From IMG/VR virus record IMGVR_UViG_3300017763_003721: DNA of 64,000 nt, one strand, 5' to 3'. The translations under genes were made by a program, and so were the position numbers. The stretch comes from an uncultured virus (IMG/VR IMGVR_UViG_3300017763_003721) (Duplodnaviria > Heunggongvirae > Uroviricota > Caudoviricetes). Positions 9,352 to 19,853 of the stretch are shown here, in pieces. Positions within the stretch are counted from its first letter, which is position 1; each line of letters opens with the position of its first letter. A model generated the notes under the pieces. That model saw only the letters and a program-made list of their open reading frames with translations. It was not told where the DNA came from and searched no databases.

Positions 9352-10968
9352 GTGGCTGTAGTATCAATTTCAAGAATACAAATTCGTAGAGGACGCAAAA
9401 ACCAAGGTTCTGGACTACCTCAATTGGCAAGTGGAGAACTAGGTTGGGCGACTGATGCACAAGAATTATGGATAGGTAATGGCGCTGTAGCAGAAGGCTC
9501 TCCATTTGTGGGTAACACAAGAATATTAAGTGAGCATGATGATTTATTTGCATATGCTAAAACTTATTCGTACAAAAGTGTAAGCAGTAACTACCAAACA
9601 GGAGCATCAGTTAACACTCCTGTACAAAGAACATTACAAGCAATATTAGATGACAGAGTAAGCATTAAGAGTTTTGGTGCTAACGGTGATGGTACAGACC
9701 AAACAGCAGCAATTCAACGAGCAGTCGACCAACTCTATTTGAATGCAGCTAGTAAACTTACTGCTCCTAGCAGAGTTGTATTATATTTCGAAGCTGGTGA
9801 TTACACAATATCGTCAACAATTAAACTACCTCCTTACTGTACTATAAAAGGAGCAGGTATAGATAAAACTATTTTTAACTGTACAAGCACAACACAACCA
9901 GCATTTGATACAGTTAATGATATTAGTACACCTGGAAGTTATGCAGGAGACGCGACTAGTACTACGCTTAACCAACCAAGAAATATTTTGATAAGCGATT
10001 GCACAATTCAAGTTGTTAGTTCACAAGCATTAAAACTTACTTCCTGTAAGGACAGTCATTTTGAAAATATTAAACTTAAAGGTCCTTGGGAAAATAATTC
10101 TTCAGTAGGAAGTACTAATGGCATATGGCTAGTTAGTCTAAGCACAGCAGTAAATTGTACAAACAATTATTTTAACAATGTGCATATGCAAGGATTTACA
10201 ACCGGAATCAAATCAGACTTTGATATCTCAAAGAATGTATGGAACAACTGTAGACTGAATACTTGCATGTTAGGTATTGACTTTGGTGGCGGAACAATAT
10301 TAGGTACTAGTGGACAATTAACAGGTCCTGTTAATAATATTATTACAAATACCCACTTTGATCAAATATCTCAGCATGCTATCGCTATCACAACAGGTAG
10401 TAATAATGTAAGTCAGCTTAATAAATTTTATGACGTAGGTAACAACATGGCCGATTCGTCCAGTGCGACACATTCAGTTATAAAATTTTTAGCATATAAA
10501 AATGAATCAGTTGATGATTGGTTCAAAAGAACAGAAGATCTAGGTTATGATCCTGCTTATCAAGTAGGGATTAAATATGTTCCTGAAATAGAAGGCAGTG
10601 CAATTGCATCATTAGGAACAACTTATAGACTAGCACTAACACAATTTTCAGAATATTCAAAACTATTTAGGCTTCCAGCAGATACAACTAGAGCTTTTGA
10701 AATTGATTACATTTATAAAAGTAGTGCAGTAAATGCTCAACGTACTGGCAAAATGGAAGTAATAGTAAATCCAACAAATAACATTGTTGATCTTGTAGAC
10801 TCTTATGATTACGTAGGTGATGCAAGTTTAGCAGAAAATTTAAAATTTAAGGCTCAAACTTTTGATGAAAATTCCAACTCTTCGGTTGACACAATAGCCA
10901 TTATGGTGTTAAACTCTACTAGTAGTGATAATGCAGAATTAACATACACAGTAAAGACTAAATCATAA
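9352..10968 (+). CDS. Tail spike/fibre protein with pectate-lyase-like beta-helix
   Basis: GTG start after AGGAG; RIQIRRG...LASGELGW N-terminal tail domain; SIKSFGANGDGTDQTAAIQRA and YFEAGDY beta-helix start. Confidence 0.75.
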   Translation: MAVVSISRIQIRRGRKNQGSGLPQLASGELGWATDAQELWIGNGAVAEGSPFVGNTRILSEHDDLFAYAKTYSYKSVSSNYQTGASVNTPVQRTLQAILDDRVSIKSFGANGDGTDQTAAIQRAVDQLYLNAASKLTAPSRVVLYFEAGDYTISSTIKLPPYCTIKGAGIDKTIFNCTSTTQPAFDTVNDISTPGSYAGDATSTTLNQPRNILISDCTIQVVSSQALKLTSCKDSHFENIKLKGPWENNSSVGSTNGIWLVSLSTAVNCTNNYFNNVHMQGFTTGIKSDFDISKNVWNNCRLNTCMLGIDFGGGTILGTSGQLTGPVNNIITNTHFDQISQHAIAITTGSNNVSQLNKFYDVGNNMADSSSATHSVIKFLAYKNESVDDWFKRTEDLGYDPAYQVGIKYVPEIEGSAIASLGTTYRLALTQFSEYSKLFRLPADTTRAFEIDYIYKSSAVNAQRTGKMEVIVNPTNNIVDLVDSYDYVGDASLAENLKFKAQTFDENSNSSVDTIAIMVLNSTSSDNAELTYTVKTKS

Positions 10969-10977
10969 CGGTAGGAA

Positions 10978-11403
10978 ATGTACGACAAGCAATACGAAGA
11001 CAGATTAGCATCATGGGCAGAATTTAGATCCACACTAGAAACTTCACACGACCCAATCCAAGATACTATAGATTTTTTTAGTCATGCTCCGTTAGTTAAT
11101 ATACAGACAGATCCTTACACGCCAAGCTCGTGGCCTGATCCTTGGGAATTAATTAAGGAAAATATTTATTGTCCCTTCGTTAAGATTCTTGCAATTTGTT
11201 ACACCTTGCAGTTAACTGACATTTTATCAGGGGAAAGTTTTGAGATACATATTACACACGACCAGGAAAAGTCATCAACGTATTATCTACTATATGTCGG
11301 GGATCGTGTCATAGGCTACACAGAAGGTACACATGTTCAAATTAATCAACTTCCAAACAGTATTATTTCGCATCATGAGTATCCCATGCCGGCCCTAAAC
11401 TAA
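10978..11403 (+). CDS. Hypothetical phage protein
   Basis: 141-aa ORF with WPDPWELI motif. Confidence 0.6.
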   Translation: MYDKQYEDRLASWAEFRSTLETSHDPIQDTIDFFSHAPLVNIQTDPYTPSSWPDPWELIKENIYCPFVKILAICYTLQLTDILSGESFEIHITHDQEKSSTYYLLYVGDRVIGYTEGTHVQINQLPNSIISHHEYPMPALN

Positions 11404-11427
11404 ATATTGAAAACAACAGGAGAGAAC

Positions 11428-13746
11428 ATGAGTAATGGCATAATGATCGTCAAACGTGACGGTACAAAAGAAAATCTAAACATTGATAAAATACATTTCG
11501 TAGTAGAGGAAGCATGTAAAGACCTTGCTGGTGTTAGCTCTAGTCAAATTGAAATGAATGCCAACTTACAGTTTTATGATGGTATGACTACAGAAGAAAT
11601 TCAAGAGATTTTAATACGTAGCGCCAACGATCTTATTTCATTAGAAAATCCTAATTACCAAACAGCGGCAGCAAGACTGTTGAGTTATACAGTTAACAAG
11701 CAAGTGTTTGGTGAGTTCAAACCTATTCCATTAAAAGAAATGATTAACCTAAACATTGAGCGTGGTGTTTATGATCCTGAGTTTTTAAATTATTATACAG
11801 AAGAAGAAATTGCCAAACTTGACAGTTACATTTGTCACCCTCGTGATGAACACTTTACCTATGCAGGTATGCGTCAAGTAGTTGACAAGTATCTTTGTCA
11901 AGATAGAAGCAACAATCAATTGTTTGAAACTCCGCAATTTATGTATATGATGATTGCGGCAACATTGTTTTCACAGTACCCAAAAGAAACACGTTTACAG
12001 TATGTAAGGAGATACTATAATGCGACATCGCTTTTCAAGATCAACATTCCGACGCCAGTCATGGCAGGAGTTAGAACCCCAGTTAGACAGTTTGCGAGTT
12101 GTGTTCTCGTTGACAGCAATGATACTCTTGACAGCATCTTTGCTAGTGATATGGCCATTGGTAGATACACAGCCCAACGTGCAGGTATTGGAATTAACGC
12201 TGGACGGATCCGTGGAGTCAACTCTAAAATTAGGGGAGGAGAAGTAGCACACACTGGCATCATTCCGTTCCTAAAAAAGTTCGAATCAACTGTAAGATGT
12301 TGTACACAAAATGGTGTACGTGGCGGTTCAGCTACTACACACTTTCCTTTTTGGCATCAAGAAATTGAAGACATCCTTGTACTTAAGAACAACAAAGGTA
12401 CAGAAGACAACCGTGTACGCAAACTAGATTATTCAATTCAACTAAACAAAACAATGTATGAAAGGTTGTTGTCCGGCGGAGACATAACTCTTTTCTCACC
12501 ACATGACGTACCAGGACTGTACGAAGCATATTTTGGTGATGCAGACGAGTTTAAAGAGATGTACGAAAAGTATGAACGTGCTACTAGTGTTAAAAAGAAA
12601 AAGATATCAGCAATGGACTTGTTTTCAGCACTAATAAAAGAACGTGCAGAAACAGGACGTATCTATATTATGAATGTTGATCACTGTAATACACACAGTT
12701 CATTTAAAGACAAAGTTTATATGAGCAACTTATGCCAAGAGATTACACTACCAACCAAGCCACTAGAACATATTGATGATCCTGAAGGCGAAATTGCTCT
12801 TTGCATATTAAGTGCTATTAACGTAGGTACTCTAAGAGAATTAAATGAACTAGAAGAACTATGTGAACTAGCTGTGAGAGCGTTAGAAGAAATCATTGAC
12901 TATCAGCGTTATCCTATTGCGGCAGCTGAAAAGTCTACTAAGGCCAGGCGATCACTAGGCGTAGGTTATATTGGTCTAGCACATTACCTAGCACACAATC
13001 ATGTTAAGTATGAAGATAAAGAAGCATGGCAGTTAGTGCATGATCTATCAGAAGCTTTCCAATTCTATCTGCTTAAAGCTTCAAACAAACTTGCACAAGA
13101 ACGTGGTGCATGTGAGTACTATGACCGCACTAAATACAGTGAAGGCATATTACCAATTGACACATACAAAGAAGAATTAGATAATATTGTTGGTAAAAAA
13201 TTAAAGTATGATTGGAATAGTTTACGTAAGAGCATTGGAGAACACGGGCTTCGACATAGCACGTTGTCCGCTCAGATGCCATCAGAAAGCAGTTCCGTTG
13301 TGTCGAACGCGACTAACGGAATCGAACCACCACGCGGATACCTGTCCGTTAAGAAGTCCAAGAAAGGGCCTCTTAAGCAGATTGTTCCGCAGTATCAAAA
13401 GCTAAAGAATCAATACACACTATTATGGGAAATGCCTAGCAATGAAGGCTACATTAATATTGTAGCAGTAATGCAAAAATTCTTTGACCAAGCTATAAGT
13501 GGTAACTGGTCATACAATCCAACACAGTTTCCTAACAACGAAGTTCCGATGAGTGTAATGATGAAAGACTTATTAACTACGTATAAAATGGGTTGGAAAA
13601 CAAGCTATTATCAAAACACATATGATTATAAAACAGATCCTAGTGAAATTGACGACGAGCCAACTATTGAAGCACCACTAACTACACAAAATCCTTATGT
13701 AACTCCAGAAGAAAATGAGGAAGAATGTGAAGCTTGTGCAATTTAA
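11428..13746 (+). CDS. nrdA: Class Ia ribonucleotide reductase alpha subunit
   Basis: ATP cone VKRDG; PTPVM, QFASC, SNLCQEI, MPSESSS, C-terminal CEAC. Confidence 0.97.
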   Translation: MSNGIMIVKRDGTKENLNIDKIHFVVEEACKDLAGVSSSQIEMNANLQFYDGMTTEEIQEILIRSANDLISLENPNYQTAAARLLSYTVNKQVFGEFKPIPLKEMINLNIERGVYDPEFLNYYTEEEIAKLDSYICHPRDEHFTYAGMRQVVDKYLCQDRSNNQLFETPQFMYMMIAATLFSQYPKETRLQYVRRYYNATSLFKINIPTPVMAGVRTPVRQFASCVLVDSNDTLDSIFASDMAIGRYTAQRAGIGINAGRIRGVNSKIRGGEVAHTGIIPFLKKFESTVRCCTQNGVRGGSATTHFPFWHQEIEDILVLKNNKGTEDNRVRKLDYSIQLNKTMYERLLSGGDITLFSPHDVPGLYEAYFGDADEFKEMYEKYERATSVKKKKISAMDLFSALIKERAETGRIYIMNVDHCNTHSSFKDKVYMSNLCQEITLPTKPLEHIDDPEGEIALCILSAINVGTLRELNELEELCELAVRALEEIIDYQRYPIAAAEKSTKARRSLGVGYIGLAHYLAHNHVKYEDKEAWQLVHDLSEAFQFYLLKASNKLAQERGACEYYDRTKYSEGILPIDTYKEELDNIVGKKLKYDWNSLRKSIGEHGLRHSTLSAQMPSESSSVVSNATNGIEPPRGYLSVKKSKKGPLKQIVPQYQKLKNQYTLLWEMPSNEGYINIVAVMQKFFDQAISGNWSYNPTQFPNNEVPMSVMMKDLLTTYKMGWKTSYYQNTYDYKTDPSEIDDEPTIEAPLTTQNPYVTPEENEEECEACAI

Positions 13747-13749
13747 TAC

Positions 13750-13778
13750 TTGACAATTTGTTAAATATAGTATAAACT
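13750..13778 (+). promoter_or_regulatory. Sigma70-type promoter for nrdB
   Basis: TTGACA-N17-TAAACT. Confidence 0.6.
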
Positions 13779-13814
13779 AAAAGAGCATAGACAATAAGAG
13801 GAAGTAGGGCCACT

Positions 13815-14918
13815 ATGGCAAAATCAGTATTCAATCAAGAAAAAGTAGATTTTACTAAAGAGCATATGTTCTTTGGTGCAGATCAAAACACACAGCGTTA
13901 TGACGTTTTTAGACACCCTGTGTTCGATAAATTAAATCAAACAATGCTAGGGTACTTTTGGCGTCCTGAAGAAGTAAGTCTACAGAAGGATCGTGCTGAC
14001 TTTCAAAACTTCCGTCCTGAACAAAAGCATATTTTTACAAGTAATTTAAAATATCAAACTTTGTTAGACAGTGTCCAAGGTCGTGGTCCATGCTTGGCAT
14101 TCTTACCGCATGTTTCACTTCCTGAACTAGAAGGATGTATTGTTACTTGGGATTTCTTTGAAACAATTCATTCACGTAGCTACACACATATTATGAAGAA
14201 CGTGTATCCTGACCCTGCAGAAGTATTTGATACTATACTTGATGATAAGAAAATCATTGCAAGAGCAACTAGCGTTACTAAAAACTATGACGCATTTACA
14301 GAAGCAGCAGATGCTTACACACATCATAAAAAAGGATCAATGCGAGATGTAAAGAAGAAACTGTATCTTGCAATGCATAATGTAAACATACTAGAAGGAC
14401 TACGGTTTTATGTTAGTTTCGCATGTACGTTTGCATTTGGTGAGCTGAAACTAATGGAAGGTAGTGCTAAGATTATTAGTCTTATTGCTAGAGATGAAAG
14501 CCAACATTTAGCACTTAGCACACACGTATTAAAACTATGGTCGCAAGGTAAAGACGATCCTGAAATGGTAGACATTGCTAAAGAGTGCCAAGAAGAAGTA
14601 CTAGACATGTGGCGTGAATGTGTTGCAGAAGAAAAGGACTGGGCAGAGTATCTATTCAAAGATGGATCTATGATTGGTTTGAATGAAACATTACTACACA
14701 AGTATGTAGAATATATTGCTAACCGCAGACTTAAAGCACTAGGCTTGCCATTAATATTTGAACAATCAACTACACAAAATCCATTACCGTGGACACAGCA
14801 TTGGTTAAGTAGCTCTGGGCTACAAGTTGCACCGCAAGAAACAGAAGTTGAGTCTTATGTTATCGGCGGGATCAAGCAAGACGTTGACGAAGATGCGTTA
14901 AAAGGTTTCTCACTATGA
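13815..14918 (+). CDS. nrdB: Class Ia ribonucleotide reductase beta subunit
   Basis: FWRPEE, LLDSVQGR, ETIHSRSY, EGLRFYVSF, RDESQH, APQETE. Confidence 0.97.
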   Translation: MAKSVFNQEKVDFTKEHMFFGADQNTQRYDVFRHPVFDKLNQTMLGYFWRPEEVSLQKDRADFQNFRPEQKHIFTSNLKYQTLLDSVQGRGPCLAFLPHVSLPELEGCIVTWDFFETIHSRSYTHIMKNVYPDPAEVFDTILDDKKIIARATSVTKNYDAFTEAADAYTHHKKGSMRDVKKKLYLAMHNVNILEGLRFYVSFACTFAFGELKLMEGSAKIISLIARDESQHLALSTHVLKLWSQGKDDPEMVDIAKECQEEVLDMWRECVAEEKDWAEYLFKDGSMIGLNETLLHKYVEYIANRRLKALGLPLIFEQSTTQNPLPWTQHWLSSSGLQVAPQETEVESYVIGGIKQDVDEDALKGFSL

Positions 14919-15178
14919 GTTCCCCAAATGTTGTTGTATTATCAAAACCAATGTGTCCGTACTGTGATAAAGCAAAAGCTTTATTAGACAGAATGGATAT
15001 AAAGTACACTACAAGAACATTAGGTGACGATTTGACTAGAGAAGAATTGCTAGAAATAGCACCATCTGCCCGAACAATGCCACAAATTATTATCAATAGT
15101 GAAGTAATTGGCGGTTATAATCAGTTAAATACATATATAGAAAACACAGGATTTAATGGAACGGGGTACACATTATAA
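14915..15178 (+). CDS. nrdC: Glutaredoxin
   Basis: CPYC, TMPQI, IGGY. Confidence 0.9.
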   Translation: MSSPNVVVLSKPMCPYCDKAKALLDRMDIKYTTRTLGDDLTREELLEIAPSARTMPQIIINSEVIGGYNQLNTYIENTGFNGTGYTL

Positions 15179-15477
15179 TGGCACTATTACAAACAACAGT
15201 AGAAGCAGACGATATAATTACTATTAGAACAGTTCAGGGTGTTGAAATTGTTGCTAAATTTATATCTGAATCTGCGTCTTCAATCAAAGTTAATAAACCT
15301 CTTGTTATTAACGGAACAACATCAGTAGCTGATACAGGAATTACAAAAGCCCTGTTTGGTCCACTGTCATCTACAATGGCAACATTAAGCAATGTTGAAA
15401 TAAACAGTGTAAATATTCTTTGCGCCAATGCAACAGACGAAGATGTAGCGACACAGTATGCATCACAGGTGAGCTAG
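15178..15477 (+). CDS. Small Sm-like beta-barrel phage protein
   Basis: DIITIRTVQGVEIVAKF...VNKPL pattern. Confidence 0.4.
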   Translation: MALLQTTVEADDIITIRTVQGVEIVAKFISESASSIKVNKPLVINGTTSVADTGITKALFGPLSSTMATLSNVEINSVNILCANATDEDVATQYASQVS

Positions 15478-15478
15478 T

Positions 15479-16609
15479 ATGGCCGCTAACACTACTCCAT
15501 CAACTCCTAATACAGAAGAATCAGGACATCCTGGCAACACTATGCAGCACACGGCCATCGACCGAGACGATGGTGATATCAGTGATTCCGTTGAAGGTGA
15601 ACACAGTCATTTACATTTTGACGATGGTTACAAATTACATTTTGGTGAAATAGCTAGCTTGTTTGAAGACATTCAAGCTGATATGAGAATTATTACTAAT
15701 AGGGCTACAGATTATAAAAAAGGTAATTATACAAGAACAGCAGATACTAACGCACCTACTCCTGAAGCTAGAATATTACAAGCGGCAAAAGAACTTAATT
15801 TCGAAGAAGCTGATGTGTTAGCACATATTAATGCTGAACTTGCAAGACCAAGTAATTTTGATGATTTACATGAAAAGAATTTTGCTAGTATAAGAGCTGG
15901 CGGCAAATATACAAGTTATTCAGGAGGGCTAACGTCACGAGGTCCTGACGGGAAACCTGTTGGATATGCTAAATCAGATGAAATTAAAACGCCAGAGATT
16001 GATCCTCCACCGTATGGCGACGGCTCTCCAATATTTAAATCACCAAATGATATTTCATTAGAAGATCTAAAAGCTTCAGGCTTGTCACCAACCGGTGGCG
16101 GCAGTGGAATTGTAAAATATGCTAATCAAGGTAAGATTAGAAATAGACCTATACAAGATGCATTAATGAATATAATTAAATCAGCTGCAGGTGGTGCCGG
16201 AGTAAATGCTGCAATCTTTTCAGGTGGACAACTACGATACGTAGACGGCGGTATCAAAAACGTATCAAGAACAGGATCAAACAGGCATGACTTAGGGTAT
16301 GGCGCAGATGTCTATCTTTATCATGATAAATTTAAAAAGGCACTAAATGCCCAATCAAAAGCAGATTTTCGAGTAATGATTAATTTTGTAGAATTGGCTA
16401 AAGGTGCAGGAGCAACAGCTGCAGGATTTGGTAATACCTATATGAACGACACAGGAATACATATTGATATTGCACTTACAGGACAAGCGGCAGGCGATCT
16501 TACAGGAATTAAGCCAGGCAATTGTTGGGGAGGTAGAGATCCTTCTAGAAAGTATGCTCCAACATTTGCTCTTGCTCCAGTAGCTCTTCAAGATGTTTGG
16601 AAAGCATAA
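15479..16609 (+). CDS. Putative virion protein with C-terminal M15-like zinc peptidase
   Basis: RH-x6-D (RHDLGYGAD) and IHID motifs. Confidence 0.5.
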   Translation: MAANTTPSTPNTEESGHPGNTMQHTAIDRDDGDISDSVEGEHSHLHFDDGYKLHFGEIASLFEDIQADMRIITNRATDYKKGNYTRTADTNAPTPEARILQAAKELNFEEADVLAHINAELARPSNFDDLHEKNFASIRAGGKYTSYSGGLTSRGPDGKPVGYAKSDEIKTPEIDPPPYGDGSPIFKSPNDISLEDLKASGLSPTGGGSGIVKYANQGKIRNRPIQDALMNIIKSAAGGAGVNAAIFSGGQLRYVDGGIKNVSRTGSNRHDLGYGADVYLYHDKFKKALNAQSKADFRVMINFVELAKGAGATAAGFGNTYMNDTGIHIDIALTGQAAGDLTGIKPGNCWGGRDPSRKYAPTFALAPVALQDVWKA

Positions 16610-17481
16610 TGCCATCAGTTGATTTTACACATACAGATTATACAGACGAGCTTAATAGAATTATTGTAGCTCTCACAGGCATACGTGATGATGTAAGACT
16701 GCTTAGAAAAGTAATGGAAGATCCGAACCAAGGTGCAGTTACAAGTCATGTAATGAACGACATACAGAAAGCCTTACTTGCAGTGGCTATCAGTAATAAT
16801 GGCGCTGCTAATGCAGAAGCAATAAGAAAGCAAATTAAAGAAGTTGGTGTTGGCGAAGTCATGAATACTAAGGTAGGCAAAGACGGTGACGGCACAACAC
16901 AAGAAAATATTGACAAAATTGTTATTGGTCCACCTGTTCCTGACGATGAGGTTGTAGATCCTAGCATTAGTGACAAACGCTGGCCACCAGTTAGATCAAG
17001 AGAAAAACTAGCATTACCAAATGCCAATTCATCTTCAGATATATTCAATCCAGCAACGGGAATAATTAACCCATTAACTAAGGATGCTCAAAAAATAGCT
17101 ATGCAACAATCCGGAAATAAAGGTGTTACACCTCCAGCTGCAGCCGGAAGCAAAACTATTGTAAATCAAACCGAAAGACATGCTATATTAGTTAAACTTA
17201 ATATTCCTACTGATGACGAAGCATTGATGAAAAAAGTATTGATTAGAGTAAGTGGGAAGTATTATTGGGAAAAAGAAGGAGCAGATAGTGAAGACGATGG
17301 ACGCTTTGGAACATTCCCAGTAATAGAAAAATATGCGATAGATAGAGCATTAGGTGATCCATTAGGATATCAATCTAAGACGGGATCCGCAGGTGAAGAT
17401 GGTAAAAATTACGTGCATGATGCAGAAGCACGATCCTCTTTAGGGGCTGTAGCTGATCCAAGAGCAACTGGCCCTCAATAG
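16609..17481 (+). CDS. Hypothetical, probably structural, protein
   Basis: TAATG-coupled start; N-terminal helix resembles that of the upstream gene. Confidence 0.55.
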   Translation: MPSVDFTHTDYTDELNRIIVALTGIRDDVRLLRKVMEDPNQGAVTSHVMNDIQKALLAVAISNNGAANAEAIRKQIKEVGVGEVMNTKVGKDGDGTTQENIDKIVIGPPVPDDEVVDPSISDKRWPPVRSREKLALPNANSSSDIFNPATGIINPLTKDAQKIAMQQSGNKGVTPPAAAGSKTIVNQTERHAILVKLNIPTDDEALMKKVLIRVSGKYYWEKEGADSEDDGRFGTFPVIEKYAIDRALGDPLGYQSKTGSAGEDGKNYVHDAEARSSLGAVADPRATGPQ

Positions 17482-17499
17482 TTTTAATTAGGAGTTATA

Positions 17500-18291
17500 A
17501 TGCCAAAAGCACATAGAGTTGGAGATTTTGATACAGGCGAAAATATGTCTGTTACAGGGTCAGATGATGTCTATATCAATGGTGGTCCGATTATTGGTGG
17601 AACACTTTCGGATGCATTAGGATTTGAAGATCTTCAAGGCATTAGTGAAGACCAAGGAAGAGCAATATTATCAGATCTATCTGCCGAAATGGCCGCGGGC
17701 GGTGATATGGATATAAATGAGCCTTTAGAGCAATTTGATCCAGGTAGTGGAAAAGGATTTAATCCTGTAAACGGCTTTACCGGAATATTAGGAGCGCCTG
17801 GCTCAGCTGCGGCTGGAACTGGTCCTAGCTTTTCACAACATCCAAGAGGCAATGATTTAGATGCAACAACGCCGTTTCAAGATGATCAAAGACAATCAGA
17901 TTGGATAATACCAGAACCTCAAGTCAGTACAGCAGTTACTGAAGGTGCATGGAAACAACTAGAAGGCCTTGCAAAAACATTTGGCAGACCATTACAAATA
18001 AACAGTGCATTTAGACCGTTACAATATAATCGAGAAATTGGAGGAGCCAAAAAGAGCAAGCATACAGAGGGGATTGCTTTTGATATTCGATGGCCAGTTG
18101 GAACATTTAGTGAACGCATAGAATTTATCCAAATGGCTTGTGATGCTGGATTTACAGGAATAGGTGTATATAATGGGTTTATACATTGTGATACAGGAGC
18201 CAAACGATGTTGGGGGCCAGACGGCGGAAGAAGCAGTGTTTTTAGCCAATATCAAACAGTACTACAATCAAATGGATTTAGTACTCCATAA
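17500..18291 (+). CDS. PAAR-like N-terminus fused to a peptidase M15 (D-Ala-D-Ala carboxypeptidase-like) domain
   Basis: MPKAHRVGD...GSDDVYING; INSAFR...SKHTEGIAFDI...GIGVY..FIHCD. Confidence 0.7.
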   Translation: MPKAHRVGDFDTGENMSVTGSDDVYINGGPIIGGTLSDALGFEDLQGISEDQGRAILSDLSAEMAAGGDMDINEPLEQFDPGSGKGFNPVNGFTGILGAPGSAAAGTGPSFSQHPRGNDLDATTPFQDDQRQSDWIIPEPQVSTAVTEGAWKQLEGLAKTFGRPLQINSAFRPLQYNREIGGAKKSKHTEGIAFDIRWPVGTFSERIEFIQMACDAGFTGIGVYNGFIHCDTGAKRCWGPDGGRSSVFSQYQTVLQSNGFSTP

Positions 18292-18296
18292 AAGAC

Positions 18297-18325
18297 TTGA
18301 CAACTATCACATTTGGTGCTATAAT
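18297..18325 (+). promoter_or_regulatory. Sigma70-type promoter
   Basis: TTGACA-N17-TATAAT with TG extended -10. Confidence 0.85.
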
Positions 18326-18357
18326 AGCATTATAAACTAAAATAAAGATAGGCAAGT

Positions 18358-18969
18358 ATGAAAAATAAGGCTCAAAAACTAATATTAACAGATGCAGACG
18401 GTGTGCTACTTAATTGGGAGTACGCATTTAGCTGTTGGATGGAACAACAAGGTTACGAAAAGCAACCTGGTGCAAATTTCCAATATGATATATCCAAAAG
18501 CTTTAATGTTGAATCCAATAATAAAGGACATAAACTTGTAAAGCAGTTTAACGAAAGTGCCGCAATGGGCTTTCTACCAGCACTAAGAGATAGTGTGCAT
18601 TATGTAAAGAAACTACACGAAGAAAAAGGTTATGAGTTTCATTGTATAACATCAATGAGCACAGATACCTATGCATATAAACTTCGTAGAATGAATTTAG
18701 AAAAGCTTTTTGGAACATCAGCTTTTACAAAACTTATATGTTTAGCAACAGGCGCACCAAAAGATGAAGCCCTTGCTGAATATAAGGACTCTAACTGTTT
18801 CTGGATTGAAGATAAGTTAGAAAATGCAGAGGCAGGCCTTAAGCAGGGCTTGCGTCCAATATTGGTCGAACACGGCCACAATATGAATGAAGAACTTGCT
18901 AATGGCATACATAAAGTAGTAAATTGGAAAGAAATTTATTCTTATATTACAGGAGAAGAGAATGAGTGA
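18358..18969 (+). CDS. HAD-superfamily phosphatase/5'-nucleotidase-like (T4 gp30.2-like)
   Basis: LTDADGVLLNW and WIEDK motifs. Confidence 0.75.
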   Translation: MKNKAQKLILTDADGVLLNWEYAFSCWMEQQGYEKQPGANFQYDISKSFNVESNNKGHKLVKQFNESAAMGFLPALRDSVHYVKKLHEEKGYEFHCITSMSTDTYAYKLRRMNLEKLFGTSAFTKLICLATGAPKDEALAEYKDSNCFWIEDKLENAEAGLKQGLRPILVEHGHNMNEELANGIHKVVNWKEIYSYITGEENE

Positions 18970-19147
18970 ATTATCACAACACGAACAAATTGTTCAAGCG
19001 TTTAATCAATACCTTGCAGAAGCTGAAACTTTTGATGAAAAAGGTGTAAAGGCTGCGGCTGCTAGAGCCAGAAAAGCCCTTGGAGATCTCGGCAAATTGT
19101 CTAAGTCAAGACGTGCTGAAATTCAAGAAAAGAAGAACAACATGTAA
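18962..19147 (+). CDS. Histone H1-like (Hc1 N-terminal-like) small protein
   Basis: KGVKAAAARARKAL..L.K....R motif. Confidence 0.55.
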   Translation: MSELSQHEQIVQAFNQYLAEAETFDEKGVKAAAARARKALGDLGKLSKSRRAEIQEKKNNM

Positions 19148-19356
19148 TGAGTGGTCAGCGAAAATGGCTTAGAACATGGGCAAGAACAGTTGGAATGCCA
19201 ATAGGCTTAACTGACGATGACAAACCTGAGTTTTTACCTATATCGCAGACTAGTGTTAAACGTGCATTGGCGGCCAGAACATTCTGGATCGTCTTGCACG
19301 TTGTTACATGTTGTATGATTATAGCAGGAAACACAAAGTTATTATTTTTTACTTAG
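19147..19356 (+). CDS. Small membrane protein
   Basis: Coupled start; C-terminal hydrophobic helix. Confidence 0.55.
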   Translation: MSGQRKWLRTWARTVGMPIGLTDDDKPEFLPISQTSVKRALAARTFWIVLHVVTCCMIIAGNTKLLFFT

Positions 19357-19364
19357 GAGGCTAT

Positions 19365-19745
19365 ATGAAAAAATTTAAAGTAATTATATGTTTGGTAGTT
19401 ATTGCACTTGCTGTATTTTTAGCAGTACCTGCAAAAGCAGATCATAGGTATAATAATTATTATAATAATAACAATTATAATTATGGTGGATATTATAACA
19501 ATAATTATAATAGATGGCACGATCCTAGAGGATACCACAATCGTAGATACGGACATAGACCTTATTATGGTAGACACCATAGACGTAACAATGATATAGC
19601 AGGTATTATTATTGGTGGAATTATTATTAACGAAATCTTTAGAAACAGTAATCGTAGACACAATAATGTTTGTAGAGACGTAAGACGTTCTAGATACGAC
19701 CATTATGGCAATCAAGTCATTTACTACGAAAGGATCTGTAACTAG
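19365..19745 (+). CDS. Exported low-complexity Tyr/Asn/Arg/His-rich protein
   Basis: AGGAGG RBS; signal peptide ending PAKA; YNN repeats; IAGIIIGGIII segment. Confidence 0.65.
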   Translation: MKKFKVIICLVVIALAVFLAVPAKADHRYNNYYNNNNYNYGGYYNNNYNRWHDPRGYHNRRYGHRPYYGRHHRRNNDIAGIIIGGIIINEIFRNSNRRHNNVCRDVRRSRYDHYGNQVIYYERICN

Positions 19746-19753
19746 TTTATAGA

Positions 19754-19829
19754 GCCGGCGTAGCTCAGTTGGTAGAGCAACTGATTTGTAATCAGTAGGT
19801 CCCGAGTTCGAATCTTGGCACCGGCACCA
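19754..19829 (+). tRNA. trnT: tRNA-Thr (TGT)
   Basis: Cloverleaf, anticodon arm ACTGA-TT-TGT-AA-TCAGT, TTCGA loop, encoded CCA; one C-A mismatch in the acceptor stem. Confidence 0.93.
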
Positions 19830-19853
19830 TAAATATAATATAAGGAGAATATT

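Noticed and set aside
11428..14918. Introns, inteins or homing endonucleases in nrdA/nrdB
   Set aside because: Both ORFs are continuous and of normal length with motifs in order.
19745..19829. An attenuator in front of tRNA-Thr like the one at 61.4 kb
   Set aside because: The tRNA starts 8 nt after a normal CDS with no leader ORF or terminator between them.
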